Shown here in pieces: positions 1 to 9,193 of a stretch of 20,000 bases of DNA. A program made the position numbers and the translations under genes. Location: contig NC_057757.1 in assembly GCF_004010195.1 (NCBI RefSeq), positions 9,475,726 to 9,495,725 of the forward strand. The letters run 5' to 3'. How positions within the stretch are numbered: position 1 is the first letter of the stretch; each line of letters starts with the position of its first letter. This stretch comes from Chiloscyllium plagiosum. Taxonomy: Eukaryota. Under the pieces are notes generated by a model, which worked only from the letters and a program-made list of their open reading frames with translations, had not been told where the DNA came from and did not search any database.

Positions 1-588
1 GTAGTTATACATGGCCTTGGTGAGGCCGCACTTAGAATATTGTGCGCAGTTTTGGTCTCCTTTTCTGAGGAAGGATGCTCTTACTCCAGTAGGAGTACAG
101 TGAACGTTTACCAGGCTGATCCCGGGGATGGCAGGACTAACTTATGAGGAGAGATTGACTAGGTTAGGATTATTTTCACTGGAGTTCAGAGAAATGAGGG
201 GGGATCTCTTAGAGATTTATAAAATTCTAACAGGACTAGGCAGGGTAGATTGCAGGGGGATGTTCCTGATGATGGGTGTATCCATAACCAGGGGTCACAG
301 TCTGAGGATTTAGGGTGGACCATTTAGGACAGAGATGAGGAGACATTTCTTCACCGAAAGAGTGGTGAGCCTGTGGAATTCATTACCTCAGGAAGTAGTT
401 GATGCCAAAACATTGAATATATTCAAGAGGTGGCTAGATACAGCACTTGGGGTAAATGGGGTCAAAGGTTATGGGGAGAAAGCAGGATTAGGCTATTGAG
501 TTTCGTGAACAGCTATGATCACGATGAATGGTGGGGCAGGCTCAAAGGGCTGAATAGCCTTCTCCTGCTCCTCTCTTCTATGTTTCTA
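1..588 (+). mobile_element. CR1-clade LINE 3' end (ORF2 C-terminus and 3' UTR), HER1-like, decayed
   Basis: Frame 2 reads [24 protein letters not shown]...RLIPGMAGLTYEERLTRLGLFSLEFREMRGDLLEIYKIL...TRGHSLRI*...FFTERVVSLWNSLPQEVV with internal stops. It ends in a CR1-type tail ggctcaaagggctgaatagccttctcctgctcctctcttctatgtttcta. Confidence 0.95.
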
Positions 589-770
589 AACTCCAGAGGA
601 TATAGGCCTTGCTTTATAATGCAATCCACTCAGGTCCAGTAAACCTTCACTGAACTGCTTCCAATGCATCAACATCCTTCTGTAAGTAGGTGTACGCAGT
701 GGTGTACACAGAGCCTACACTTGCATTCAATTTCCCTCACAATAAAACATAACATTCAATTAGTCTTCTT
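589..770 (-). mobile_element. Heavily deleted CR1 LINE remnant
   Basis: Patches such as agtaaaccttcactgaactgcttccaatgcatcaacatccttc and ttgcattcaatttccctcacaataaa resemble the antisense of the CR1 ORF2 C-terminal region. Confidence 0.5.
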
Positions 771-796
771 ATACTAAAGTGCACAAAATTAAAACA

Positions 797-878
797 AATC
801 GCGTGACTCCAGGTTATAGTCCAACAGGTTTATTTGAAAGTACAAGCTTTTGGAGCGCTGCTCCTTCATCAGACAGCT
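797..878 (-). mobile_element. Penelope-like pseudo-LTR fragment (family A) with a mutated hammerhead core
   Basis: It shares ccaggttatagtccaacaggtttatttgaaa with the Penelope end at 3565-3645. The minus strand reads CTGATGA-A-GGAGC-AGC-GCTCC-AAAA-GCTT, so GAAA is mutated to AAAA. Confidence 0.8.
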
Positions 879-908
879 AGAGTGCTAAAATGGGAAAATT
901 AAATCATG

Positions 909-1035
909 ATTTGGAGATGCCGGTGTTGGACTGGGGTGTACAAAGTTAAAAATCACACAACACCAGGTTATAGTCCAACAGGTTTACTTCCAATTAAACC
1001 TGTTGGACTATAACCTGGTGTTGTGTGATTTTTAA
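909..1035. repeat. Inverted pair of Penelope family A pseudo-LTR ends forming a perfect 41-bp hairpin
   Basis: 946-986 (ttaaaaatcacacaacaccaggttatagtccaacaggttta) is the exact reverse complement of 995-1035, with an 8-bp spacer cttccaat. Confidence 0.9.
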
Positions 1036-1173
1036 AATTAAATCAGGCGTAGTTCTATCCAGAGTGGAGAAACCTGCTGTCCAGATCCAGGATCTTATTG
1101 TCGGGTAAAGAATGTTGTGTTCAATTCTTAGTCCTTCCTGGGTGAATTATTTCAAGAGTACTCAGAGCACATG

Positions 1174-1446
1174 ATAGAAACATAGGTGGAGATCATTCAG
1201 TCCTTGAACCTGCTATGCCATTCTGGATCACAGCTGCTCATCTACCTCAATACCATATTCCTGCCCTATCTCCATATTCCTTGATGTCATTCATAGCTAG
1301 AAATGTATCAATCTTTGTCTTAAACTTAATGAGCTCCAAGAGCTGGGATAGAGAATTTCACAGATTCACCACCCACTCGGTAAAGAGGCTTTTCCTCATC
1401 TCAAACCCGAATTGCCTGCCTTTTAATCTGAAGACTGTCTACCTGG
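1174..1446 (-). mobile_element. CR1 LINE 3' end, decayed
   Basis: Antisense tail (tagaaacatag...cattcagtccttgaacctgct) followed by the antisense of the RVVNLWNSL region (agagaatttcacagattcaccac). Confidence 0.8.
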
Positions 1447-1789
1447 CAGCACCCTCTGTTAGCTGTGCAGTTATGCTGCCACTCCAAGGGTCCAGGCACA
1501 CCAATTGGCATGGCGATGCCATACCCAGCCTGGATTTCCAGTTTCAGAGGTTACTGCCATGCACAGACTTTGGTGGTCTGGCAGAAGAAAACAAATTAAT
1601 GAGAAATAGTCCTTTGGTTGTCCTTTTAATGAATTTTGTAAAGAAGTGAAGGCTTCAGAATGATGAATGGGTTTGGGGAAATTAATCAGTGTATGAGAGT
1701 CAGGTCTCATTCTTCTCCTGGGGATTAGTTTAATACACTTTTTGTTTTCTGTCAACTGCTGGCATCCAGTCATTTTTTACAATGACAAT

Positions 1790-2648
1790 ACTCCAGCTGA
1801 GATGGTACAACTATCAGGAAAGCTGGAAATAGACTAGGGCTCTCACTGTAGGAAATAGAGATTGAGCGGTGACTTGAAGATCTTTGCAATTATGAAAGGC
1901 TTTGATAAGGTGGAAGTCACGTGGGTGTACAGTACTAAATACAAAACAAATCCAACTGTAGCATTTGCAATATTTTGCCTTGACATTGGTATTATTTCAT
2001 GGGCCAGAACTCCTAAAGTGGAAGTTGGGACCCAAAATGGAATCATGAGCTAAAATTGCTTCCTCCCCTTCCACTGGCCTTCTCCCTCCACAACACTCAA
2101 CAAGGAATTGGAACAACGTTTATTGGAAATGAGGTCATAGTAGGAAGAGATTTGGGAAGCATTGATGTCAGCACTGGTTGTCTTACTTGAGCCTGTGAGA
2201 GACTGCGTTGTCTCCTTTTGGGATGTCCCATTGAGCATGAAGTGCCAAATCAGGTTAAAAATGCTGGTGACCAATCAGAGGCCGGCAGCAGGGTGTTGCC
2301 TCAGGAGATGGCCTGGGGCATGAGATTCCACCTGATGTTTCCATTTGTAGGAGAATCCAAAGTGGTGAGTGGGGGGGTAGGAGGAGCATGAATACAAAAT
2401 AGTCACCGACCAATCAAGCAGGGAACTCTGGAGAAACATCTTTACACAGAGATAGTGAAATTGTGGAATTGGCTACTAGATGGACTGATTGATAGGCATA
2501 AGACAGAGGCATTCAAAAGGAAGTTAGGGAAAGAAAGAGAAACGAATGGAGGTGACACCGATGAAGCAGAATAGAAAGAAACTCAAGAGGAGCATAAATG
2601 CTAGCACAGGGCAGATGTACCAAAAGGCCAGTTTTATGATGTACATGC
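1790..2648 (+). mobile_element. Old CR1 LINE 3' end split by about 410 bp of unrelated sequence (about 1920-2334)
   Basis: RLSGDLKIFAIMKGFDKVEV at 1859-1918. It resumes near 2335 with gatgtttccatttgtaggaga...agaaacatctttacacagagatagtgaaattgtggaat...gaggcattcaaaaggaagttag and a tail-like end at about 2590-2648. Confidence 0.65.
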
Positions 2649-2694
2649 ATATATATATATATGTATGTGTGTGCATGCACACAAGTCAAAATAT

Positions 2695-2908
2695 GTGGTG
2701 CTGGAAAAGCACAGCTGGTCAGGCAGCATCCGAGAAGCAGGAAAGTCGGCATTTCAAGCAAGAGCTCTTCATCAGGAATGATGATGAATCCTGATGAAAA
2801 GCTTATGCTCGAAACACTGACTCTCCTGTTCCTCTGATGCTACCTGACCTGTTGTGCTTTTCCAGCACTACACTCTTGCCTCTGATCTCCAGCATCTGCA
2901 GTCCTCAC
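2695..2908. mobile_element. Inverted pair of Penelope family B pseudo-LTRs, each arm with a hammerhead core
   Basis: About 2695-2777 is an imperfect reverse complement of about 2789-2873. Minus arm: CTGATGA-A-GAGC-TCTT-GCTT-GAAA (2752-2775). Plus arm: CTGATGA-A-AAGC-TTAT-GCTC-GAAA (2791-2814). The same family occurs at 5000-5098 and 18024-18119. Confidence 0.85.
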
Positions 2909-3200
2909 AAACTGCCTGTATGCACATAATTACGGGTATAGTTGTAATCAGCAACTTCTGCTACATGTGGCAGTGAGTTCAGAAGAGCTTCCAACTAACA
3001 GCCAGGTTCAGAAATCTTTCAATCCTTAGGCATTGTGAAGATTACACCCCATTGCTTTCCCAAACCAATCTTTCCCATTGGTTAAAATATTAACTTGTAA
3101 TGAAATGTGTGAAGAGATAAAAAGTTTATAGGTGTGTGAAAGATAACGTAATCATATCACAGTGGCGAGTTTTCCTGTGAATCTGTGCCAGTAGTTGTCC

Positions 3201-3552
3201 GTTTTTTCTTCATCTGTGGGAGATTGCATCACTGACTGGGCCCAGCATTGATTGTCTGTCCCTAGTTGCCTCTTGAGAAGGTGGTGGTGAGTTGCATTGT
3301 TGAACTGCTGCAGTCCCTGTGCTGTAGGTTGACTCACAATGCCCCAAGGGAGGGAATTCCAGGATTTTGACCCAGTGACACTGAAGGAACTGAAGGTGAT
3401 ATATTTCTAAGTGAGGATATGACTGGCTTGGAGGGGAATTTGCAGGTGGTGGTGTTCCTATGTACCTGTTGCCCTTGTCCTTCTAGATGGAAGTGGTCGT
3501 GGTTTGGAAGGTGCTGTAAGAGGATCTTTGGTGAATTTCTGTAGTGCGTCTT
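3201..3552 (-). mobile_element. L2/CR1-group LINE 3' end (second LINE family), decayed
   Basis: Frameshifted minus-strand peptide pieces HYRNSPKILLQHLPN...SFSVTGSKSWNSLP...GLQQFNNATHHHLLK, then a short UTR and an A-rich end. Confidence 0.75.
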
Positions 3553-3608
3553 ATGAATAATAATAATCACATGACACCAGGTTATAGTTCAACAGGTTTA
3601 TTTGAAAA

Positions 3609-3643
3609 CACAAGCTTTCGGAGTGTCACTCCTTCTTCAGGTA
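3609..3643 (-). ncRNA. Minimal type I hammerhead ribozyme motif, apparently intact
   Basis: Minus strand: UAC-CUGAAGA-A-GGAGU-GAC-ACUCC-GAAA-GC-UU-GUG. It has the conserved core, a perfect 5-bp stem II, a palindromic AAGCUU stem III region and a 3-bp stem I. Confidence 0.7.
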
Positions 3644-4055
3644 GTTAGTGGGAGAGGATGCGTCGGAAACAGAATTTATTAGTAAAAGATCAAAGACTCG
3701 TGCAACTGATGTGAATGTAACAAGCAAACCCAAGTGGTTGTTAAATCTTTAATCAGATGGAATGGAGAGGCAGTTTTCAATTGATTAATGTGTAACTCTC
3801 AGAATTTGTTTCAAGTCACAGCCCCGAGATAATTTAAGGTTTTATCAGTATAAAAGAGTGACGTCTCAGATCAGACAATGCATTTAATGTCTGAGGCCTT
3901 GATTAGAGTCTATCTGTGTCTTAACCTGGAGTTAGACTGGTTTTATTTCCAACATAGGAATTTATAAAATGCCATTTTGACTGACTGTCTACACATTGTA
4001 TGCTTTTTGAACAATATAGCATGTACCTGCAAATACAAATTCACCACAGAGATTT

Positions 4056-4223
4056 ATGTGCATGTGTGTGTGTGTGTGTGTGAGACAGAGAGTAGTGTGT
4101 GAGTGCTTGAGAGAGAGTGTATGTGCATGTGAGGAAGTATGTGTGTGAGGGAGTGTGCATAAGCGTATGTGTGAGTGTGTGTGTATATGTGAGAGTATGT
4201 GTGTAAGTGTATAGTGTGGTGTG
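4056..4223. repeat. Degenerate (TG)n/(AG)n microsatellite in the Penelope 3' UTR
   Basis: Direct inspection. It explains the HT-rich ORFs 3989-4258 and 4041-4319. Confidence 0.9.
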
Positions 4224-4622
4224 ACATGAACCCAAGATCCCGTTGAGTCCGTCCTCATGGGTACTGAACTTGGCTATCAGCCTCTGCTCTACGTTGTTGT
4301 GTATCCCAAAGTCCACCATAGAGAACGTTTATCCAAAGATCCGAGGCCGAGTGTCCTTGACCGCTGAAGTGATTTCCCCACTGGGAGGGAACACCCCTGT
4401 TAGTTGATTGTTGCACGGTGTCCATTCATCCATTGTTGTAGCGTCTGCTTGGTCTCGCCAATGTACCATGCCTCTGGTCATCTTTGCCTGCAGCACATGA
4501 GATAGATGACGTTGGCCAAGTCACCTGCTGTGTACATGGTGGGTGGTATCCTCACATATAAAGGTAGTATCTATGTCAATGCTCTGACGTATCTTGCAGT
4601 GATTTCCATGACAGGGTTGTAT

Positions 4623-5098
4623 GGTGAAGTTGATGTTGAGGCCATTGGGCTGTAAGGTTACCAGGCATCCTCCACTGTCAGAGTGACGTCAAACAGAAAC
4701 TGGAAGAAGAGCACCTTATACTTCGCCTGGGAAGCTTACAGCCTAATGGCCTCAACATCAACCTCACCAGCTTCAAGGTCCCTCCTCCCACAATGTTATC
4801 CTATATCTAGCCCCACCCCTCTTCCCCGCCTCCTTGACCTGACTTCACCTGTCCACCTTCATACTCACCTATCTGCTCCACCCTTCCCACTGATCAATCA
4901 CAATAATCCCCTACCTGTATCCACCTACCACCATCCTACCTACCCTTCCCCTAGCCCTGCCCCCTCCTTCAATTTACTTCCTGGCTCCCCTTCCCCTTCC
5001 CAGTCCTGACGAAGGGTTTTGCCCTGAAGCATTGACTTTGCTGCTCCTCGGATGCTGTCTGACCTGCTGTGCCTGTCCAGATTCACACCTATTGACTC
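4623..5098 (+). mobile_element. 5'-truncated Penelope-like element (family B) with an inverted 5' segment
   Basis: ILHCQSDVKQKLEEEHLILRLGSLQPNGLNINLTSFK (GIY-YIG C-terminus) from 4667, a C/T-rich UTR and a degenerate hammerhead CTGACGA-AGGG-TTTTG-CCCT-GAAG from 5006. 4623-4666 is the reverse complement of 4725-4768 (40/44). Confidence 0.85.
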
Positions 5099-5392
5099 AT
5101 TCATCCCCATGACTTGGCCCCATGTTCCAACTATTCATTGACAAACTCATCCATTGATGTGACATACCTGCTTTCCTGCTTCAAATGCAAAACAGAAAAA
5201 ATCAGTATCCATTTGGATGACACTTGGTCAAACAGAAACTTTACTCTCATTTCCAATATTTTTATATCTGTTCAGGAGAAATGTTCAAAGAGAATGGAAA
5301 CACTTCTCTTGTTTTGGGGTAGTTTAATGGGGCTCAGGCAAGCCCTCCATTAATTTATTCAATGGCAGGAAACAAAATAAAAACAATGATCT

Positions 5393-6050
5393 GATGTTGT
5401 TGGAAATCTGAAACAAAAACTAGAAACAGCATCTCATTTTCCGCTTGGGGACCCTGAAGCCTTCAGGACTCAATATCGAGTTCAATAATGTTAGGCCCTG
5501 AGCACCTTCTCCCATGTCCTTACCCCAAAGCCCACACCCTGTCATCACAGAGGCTGCTTTCATCCACCCAAGGTCCCTAATAGTAGTTTTTCTTTCTCCC
5601 TGGCTCACCATCATCCATTAGCCATTTCTTGCCTGAAATGACAGCACAGAGGCTGGTATCCCTTCACCAAGTCACTCTTCATTAACATGTGCACTGTACA
5701 TGGGCTCTGACCAGCCAGCTCAGAGCCAGTTCCTAACCTAAGTATCTTGCTGAATCCCTTGTTTATGTCTGTCAGCCAGGGTTCCCTGATTGGCCCAAGC
5801 TAACAACCCCAATCAAGGATTTCATCATCGATGAGATCAACCTGACCCTTGTTCCAATCACTACACTGCCCAGTTGCCTTTTTCTCTCTCTTTGGGCTCC
5901 ATTTCCACCCATCATTTACTGCTCTGCCTAGCCCACCCCAACCCCTTGTCTTCAGCATTTATACCAATCTTTTCCACAGGTCCAGTCAGTTCTGAAGGGT
6001 CATTGGACCCAAAACAATAACTCTGCTGATGCAGTCAGGTCTCCAGCTAT
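5393..6050 (+). mobile_element. 5'-truncated Penelope-like element (family C), interrupted by a solo LTR
   Basis: QHLIFRLGTLKPSGLNIEFNNVR at about 5427-5495, and a degenerate hammerhead/pseudo-LTR ttctgaagggtcattggacccaaaac at about 5990-6015. Confidence 0.75.
5634..5865 (-). mobile_element. Solo LTR (232 bp) of an LTR retrotransposon
   Basis: TG...CA termini (minus strand TGTAGTGA...TCATTTCA), flanked by ttgcc (5629-5633) and ctgcc (5866-5870), a 5-bp TSD with one transition. The minus strand has CCAAT, then CATAAA, then AATGAA in LTR order. Confidence 0.7.
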
Positions 6051-6126
6051 TGCGACTTTTGTCACTGAATGGTAGTGTAAGGTCAAAGGGCACAGTACCC
6101 TGCACTTGTTCCCGATTTGTATATTC

Positions 6127-6739
6127 AATGATGATAATGTGGCTCTAAGAGGTATATTTTGTCTTTTTTTTGAAGAGAGGTTTTAAGGCCAAGGTGCAAA
6201 GCTGTCTATTGAAAGCCTGTTAAGCTTGTGAGGCATTGGTTTTTTAAAAAAAGTTGGAACAATAGAAGCAGTCTGAATGGGCGGGATCAAACTCCCACAG
6301 AACCAGGATTTTTAGTTTTAGTTTTTCAGTCGCAGTGATTTTAGCTGGGTCTTGAAGTTGGGTGGAAGCTGCAGTACATCTCTCCCTGCTATTCTCTCTC
6401 TCTCATAGTTATCACTTGATGTTTTTCTTCCTGGCCTGTGAGACAGTCCATTTTACTGAACTTGCCTTTTGTCAAGGGGGTGTTTATGGATTGTTTCTAA
6501 ATTGGAACAGTTACTGGCTAGTACTGAAATGTTCTATTATTCTGTTAAGTTTTCCAATAGAATTGAGTTACTCCAATTTCTCTTTCTTGTGTTGTATTTT
6601 AACTATACTGTATAAATAAAGTGTGTTTTGAGTAGTGCATCTGGAATTCAACACCTCACACACCTTTAAAACAAGAAGAAGTTAAGACGTGGACTATTTT
6701 CTGAATATATTTTAAGAGGGTTTGGTCTGGTCCACAGCA
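6127..6739 (+). mobile_element. Candidate solo LTR (about 610 bp)
   Basis: It has a GGGCGG box near 6278, AATAAA at 6615-6620 and ends ggtctggtccacagCA. It resembles my recollection of shark Gypsy LTRs, but the 5' TG and TSD are not clean. Confidence 0.45.
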
Positions 6740-6761
6740 GCTCATAGAATGTCACATCACA

Positions 6762-6915
6762 ATATCACTGCTGAATATGGGAGCTTGCTGTGCACAAATT
6801 GGCTACTATATTTCCAACTTTATAACAATGAATGTGCTTCTGAAGTATTTCACTGACTATTAAATGCTTTGTGTTGTGAAAGATGCTATACAAATGCAAA
6901 TTCTTTCTTTTTTCC
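6762..6915 (+). mobile_element. DeuSINE (SacSINE1/AmnSINE1-like) 3' portion
   Basis: tgggagcttgctgtgcacaaattggct...ttgtgaaagatgctatacaaatgcaaattctttctttt matches the recalled Deu-domain end and tail. Confidence 0.7.
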
Positions 6916-7249
6916 TTTGTTGTTTCATACTGCATGTAGCTCCAAAGTTGTCCCAAGTTCTGGTTGATTCTTTTTAAGGCCACCTTTTGGGATGGAAGGG
7001 GTAATCAGGAGTATATTTAGCATGAGGGATGTGAGGACTGCAGTACCAGCATCTTTGAGGGTTATGGATCTTGCTGATGAGTTTGATTGTGGAGAATTAC
7101 TTTAAGCTGCATGGAGCTTTGAGAAAAAGAACAGTTGGTCAATTTTTAAACATTTCTTTGTACCGGGACTACACAATGAGAGCCATGGTGCCAATTGTAT
7201 TCAGTGATCTGGGGTACGAATAAGGAGGATGCATTGACTGTGATGATGA

Positions 7250-7565
7250 TTGAGCAGCCACTGTAGCTGTGTTCTGTACCATCCACCCACACAGCAAGTT
7301 CCTCTGACAGACTCTCGCAAACCTGTGCTCTCCGCCACTAGAAAGAAAGGCTTCGAAAGCAGGCAAATACCATCATTCATACCACACTCACTTCCACATC
7401 ACCATTCATTCACTATCACTGGGTCAATAGTCCAGAAAGCCGTACTCAACAACACTGCAGGAATACTTACACCACAATTGTTCAAACTTTCTCCCCACCC
7501 CTTCTCAAGCATATCCAAGATGGGTAAAGCGCTGCCAGTGATAGCCGTTGGAATGAATAAAAAGT
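7250..7565 (+). mobile_element. Old L2/CR1-group LINE 3' end, same family as 3201-3552
   Basis: SFTITGS...NNTAGILTPQLFK corresponds to SFSVTGSKSWNSLP...GLQQF, and it ends cttctcaag...gaatgaataaaaag. Confidence 0.55.
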
Positions 7566-7830
7566 ATTAATACTGTAATGGATGCAAGGGCCCAGTTTTG
7601 CTCTCAATTTACAAATAAATAAACTCTGATGAAGCAAAATATGGTGACAGGAGAGGAACTGAAATTAAAGCTGAAACTGCAGTGTTTTGAACTGCCCAGT
7701 CTAGAAACTGACCCTTCAGACACAGGCTGAGAGTTAGAGCCAGTAATAGGAATTGGATTGGCTCTAGCCCTGTCAGGACAATCATAGCTGTTGGACAGTC
7801 AATGAACAGCCGTAAAAGCAATCAACTCTT

Positions 7831-7910
7831 CCAGTTCCGAAGAAGGGTCACTGGACTCTTAACACGGTTTCTCTCTCTGCACGATATAGCAATTTCTGTT
7901 TCTGTAACTC
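7831..7910 (+). mobile_element. Penelope family C pseudo-LTR fragment with a broken hammerhead
   Basis: cagttccgaagaagggtcactggactc...tttctctctctgca...agcaatttctgtttctg, with GAAA deleted. Confidence 0.6.
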
Positions 7911-8334
7911 TGCCAGGTTATTACCCAGGCAGGGAACTTAAAAGTGATACTAATCATTGACCTTTGTGTTTGAATGTTATCACTGTGTTCTGGTGGCCCT
8001 CTCTCTCTGTGTCTCAGTCCTGGTTGTGGTGGTGACCTGTGTGCTGACAGTGAGCAGTATTTAAGGAGCATTAATAATAAACCCTTCATTTGGTTGGCAC
8101 TGTATCTGAAACTTCAAAACCTTGCAATTACACACCACACACCAGGATTGCAAAACACTTTATTTGAATGACTCAGCAACTTAATTTCTCAGCAAAATTA
8201 TATTTAAGCCCGATGCAGTGATCCATTTATATGTTTAATGATTGTTCTGCTTTTCACAGGTTTTCTGGGATTGAGCTAATTACTGATTCACACCAGATGT
8301 CAGTGGGATGCTGTATACACGTTCTCATCCTTAA

Positions 8335-8690
8335 GGCAGTGTCAGCTCTGAGTCAGATACTGGTAGGTTTCATGCGTGCACTAAAATGACTTTTTGATGC
8401 CAGATTGAGGCATTGACTCATTGTAACAATGGTTAGCTTTCAGTGAGACATTATTCCCGAGATCTTTCTGTTTTCAGTGGTTTCTGGTATCTCCTTATAC
8501 AGTCAGTTCGCAGAGTGTCCTGACCAGCAATATTCATTGCCAATCCATCACTCTGAGACTCAGTTCTGCAAAGTGGATCACAATGTGGAATGACAGTGCA
8601 TTCAATGCTGTTCATATTATATCAAATGTTTGGAGATGTTTGTGAGAAAGAGAATGGTGTGATAAGTGTTTTGTAAGTTCAATTCTTGTT
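8335..8690 (+). mobile_element. Possible highly decayed DeuSINE
   Basis: Short collinear matches to the recalled consensus: ctctgagtcaga, ctttcagtgagacatta, gtgtcctgaccagcaatattcat. Confidence 0.35.
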
Positions 8691-9029
8691 TTGACATTTT
8701 TGATCGCCCAATGATGGGGGCATTAATGGTCTAATTTCATTTTAGTGGCTAATCCAGCATGATCCCATTGAAGGCAGATCTCCTCTCTTGCCTGGGGGTT
8801 GAGCGGGTGCCTGGTCACAGTGAGGTGCTCACCAGATTGTGCTCCCACGTACCCGGGGTGCTGGAGGCAGCCATGCTAATGCTTTCTCTGAGGCCTCAGT
8901 ACTTTCATCCTCAGAGATCAAGGAGGTGTCTTCTTTCCCTGCGGAGCTGTTAAATCAGCTTTGAGTACCAATTGGAAAAAGCACTGAGGGTGGCAGTATA
9001 TCCCAGCATCACGAATGACAGTCTTCAGC

Positions 9030-9193
9030 CAATTCAGTATTGTGTTCTGTTTTGGTCACCTTGCTGTAGGAAGGCTGTTATTAAACTGGAAAGAGTGCAG
9101 AAGAAATGTACAAGGATTTTGCCAGGACTCAAGGGACTGAATTATAAGGAGAGGTTGGACAGGATAGAACCTTTTTCTTTAGAGCACAGGAGA
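9030..9193 (+). mobile_element. CR1 ORF2 C-terminal fragment
   Basis: QYCVLFWSPCCRKAVIKLERVQKKCTRILPGLKGLNYKERLDRIEPFSLEHRR. Confidence 0.9.

Larger units (their letters stand above)
3565..4622 (-). mobile_element. Penelope-like retroelement (family A) 3' part: GIY-YIG endonuclease remnant, CA-rich 3' UTR and pseudo-LTR
   Basis: Minus strand 4620-4215 reads QPCHGNHCK...DLANVIYLMCCRQR*PEAWYIGETKQTLQQWMNGHR...HFSGQGHS...EQRLIAKFSTHEDGLN, giving VIY...YIG motifs with stops and frameshifts. It ends in a pseudo-LTR with a hammerhead. Confidence 0.9.

Noticed and set aside
1920..2334. Possible old MITE splitting the CR1 copy
   Set aside because: An interruption is evident, but I could not define TIRs or a TSD.
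3989..4319. His/Thr-rich ORFs
   Set aside because: They are a read-through of the (CA)n microsatellite in the Penelope UTR.
7031..7055. gtgaggactgcag match to the Penelope family B end
   Set aside because: Only about 13 bp with no flanking homology.
8700..8960. Relatively GC-rich stretch with a 64-aa ORF
   Set aside because: No recognisable motif, splice pattern or termini.
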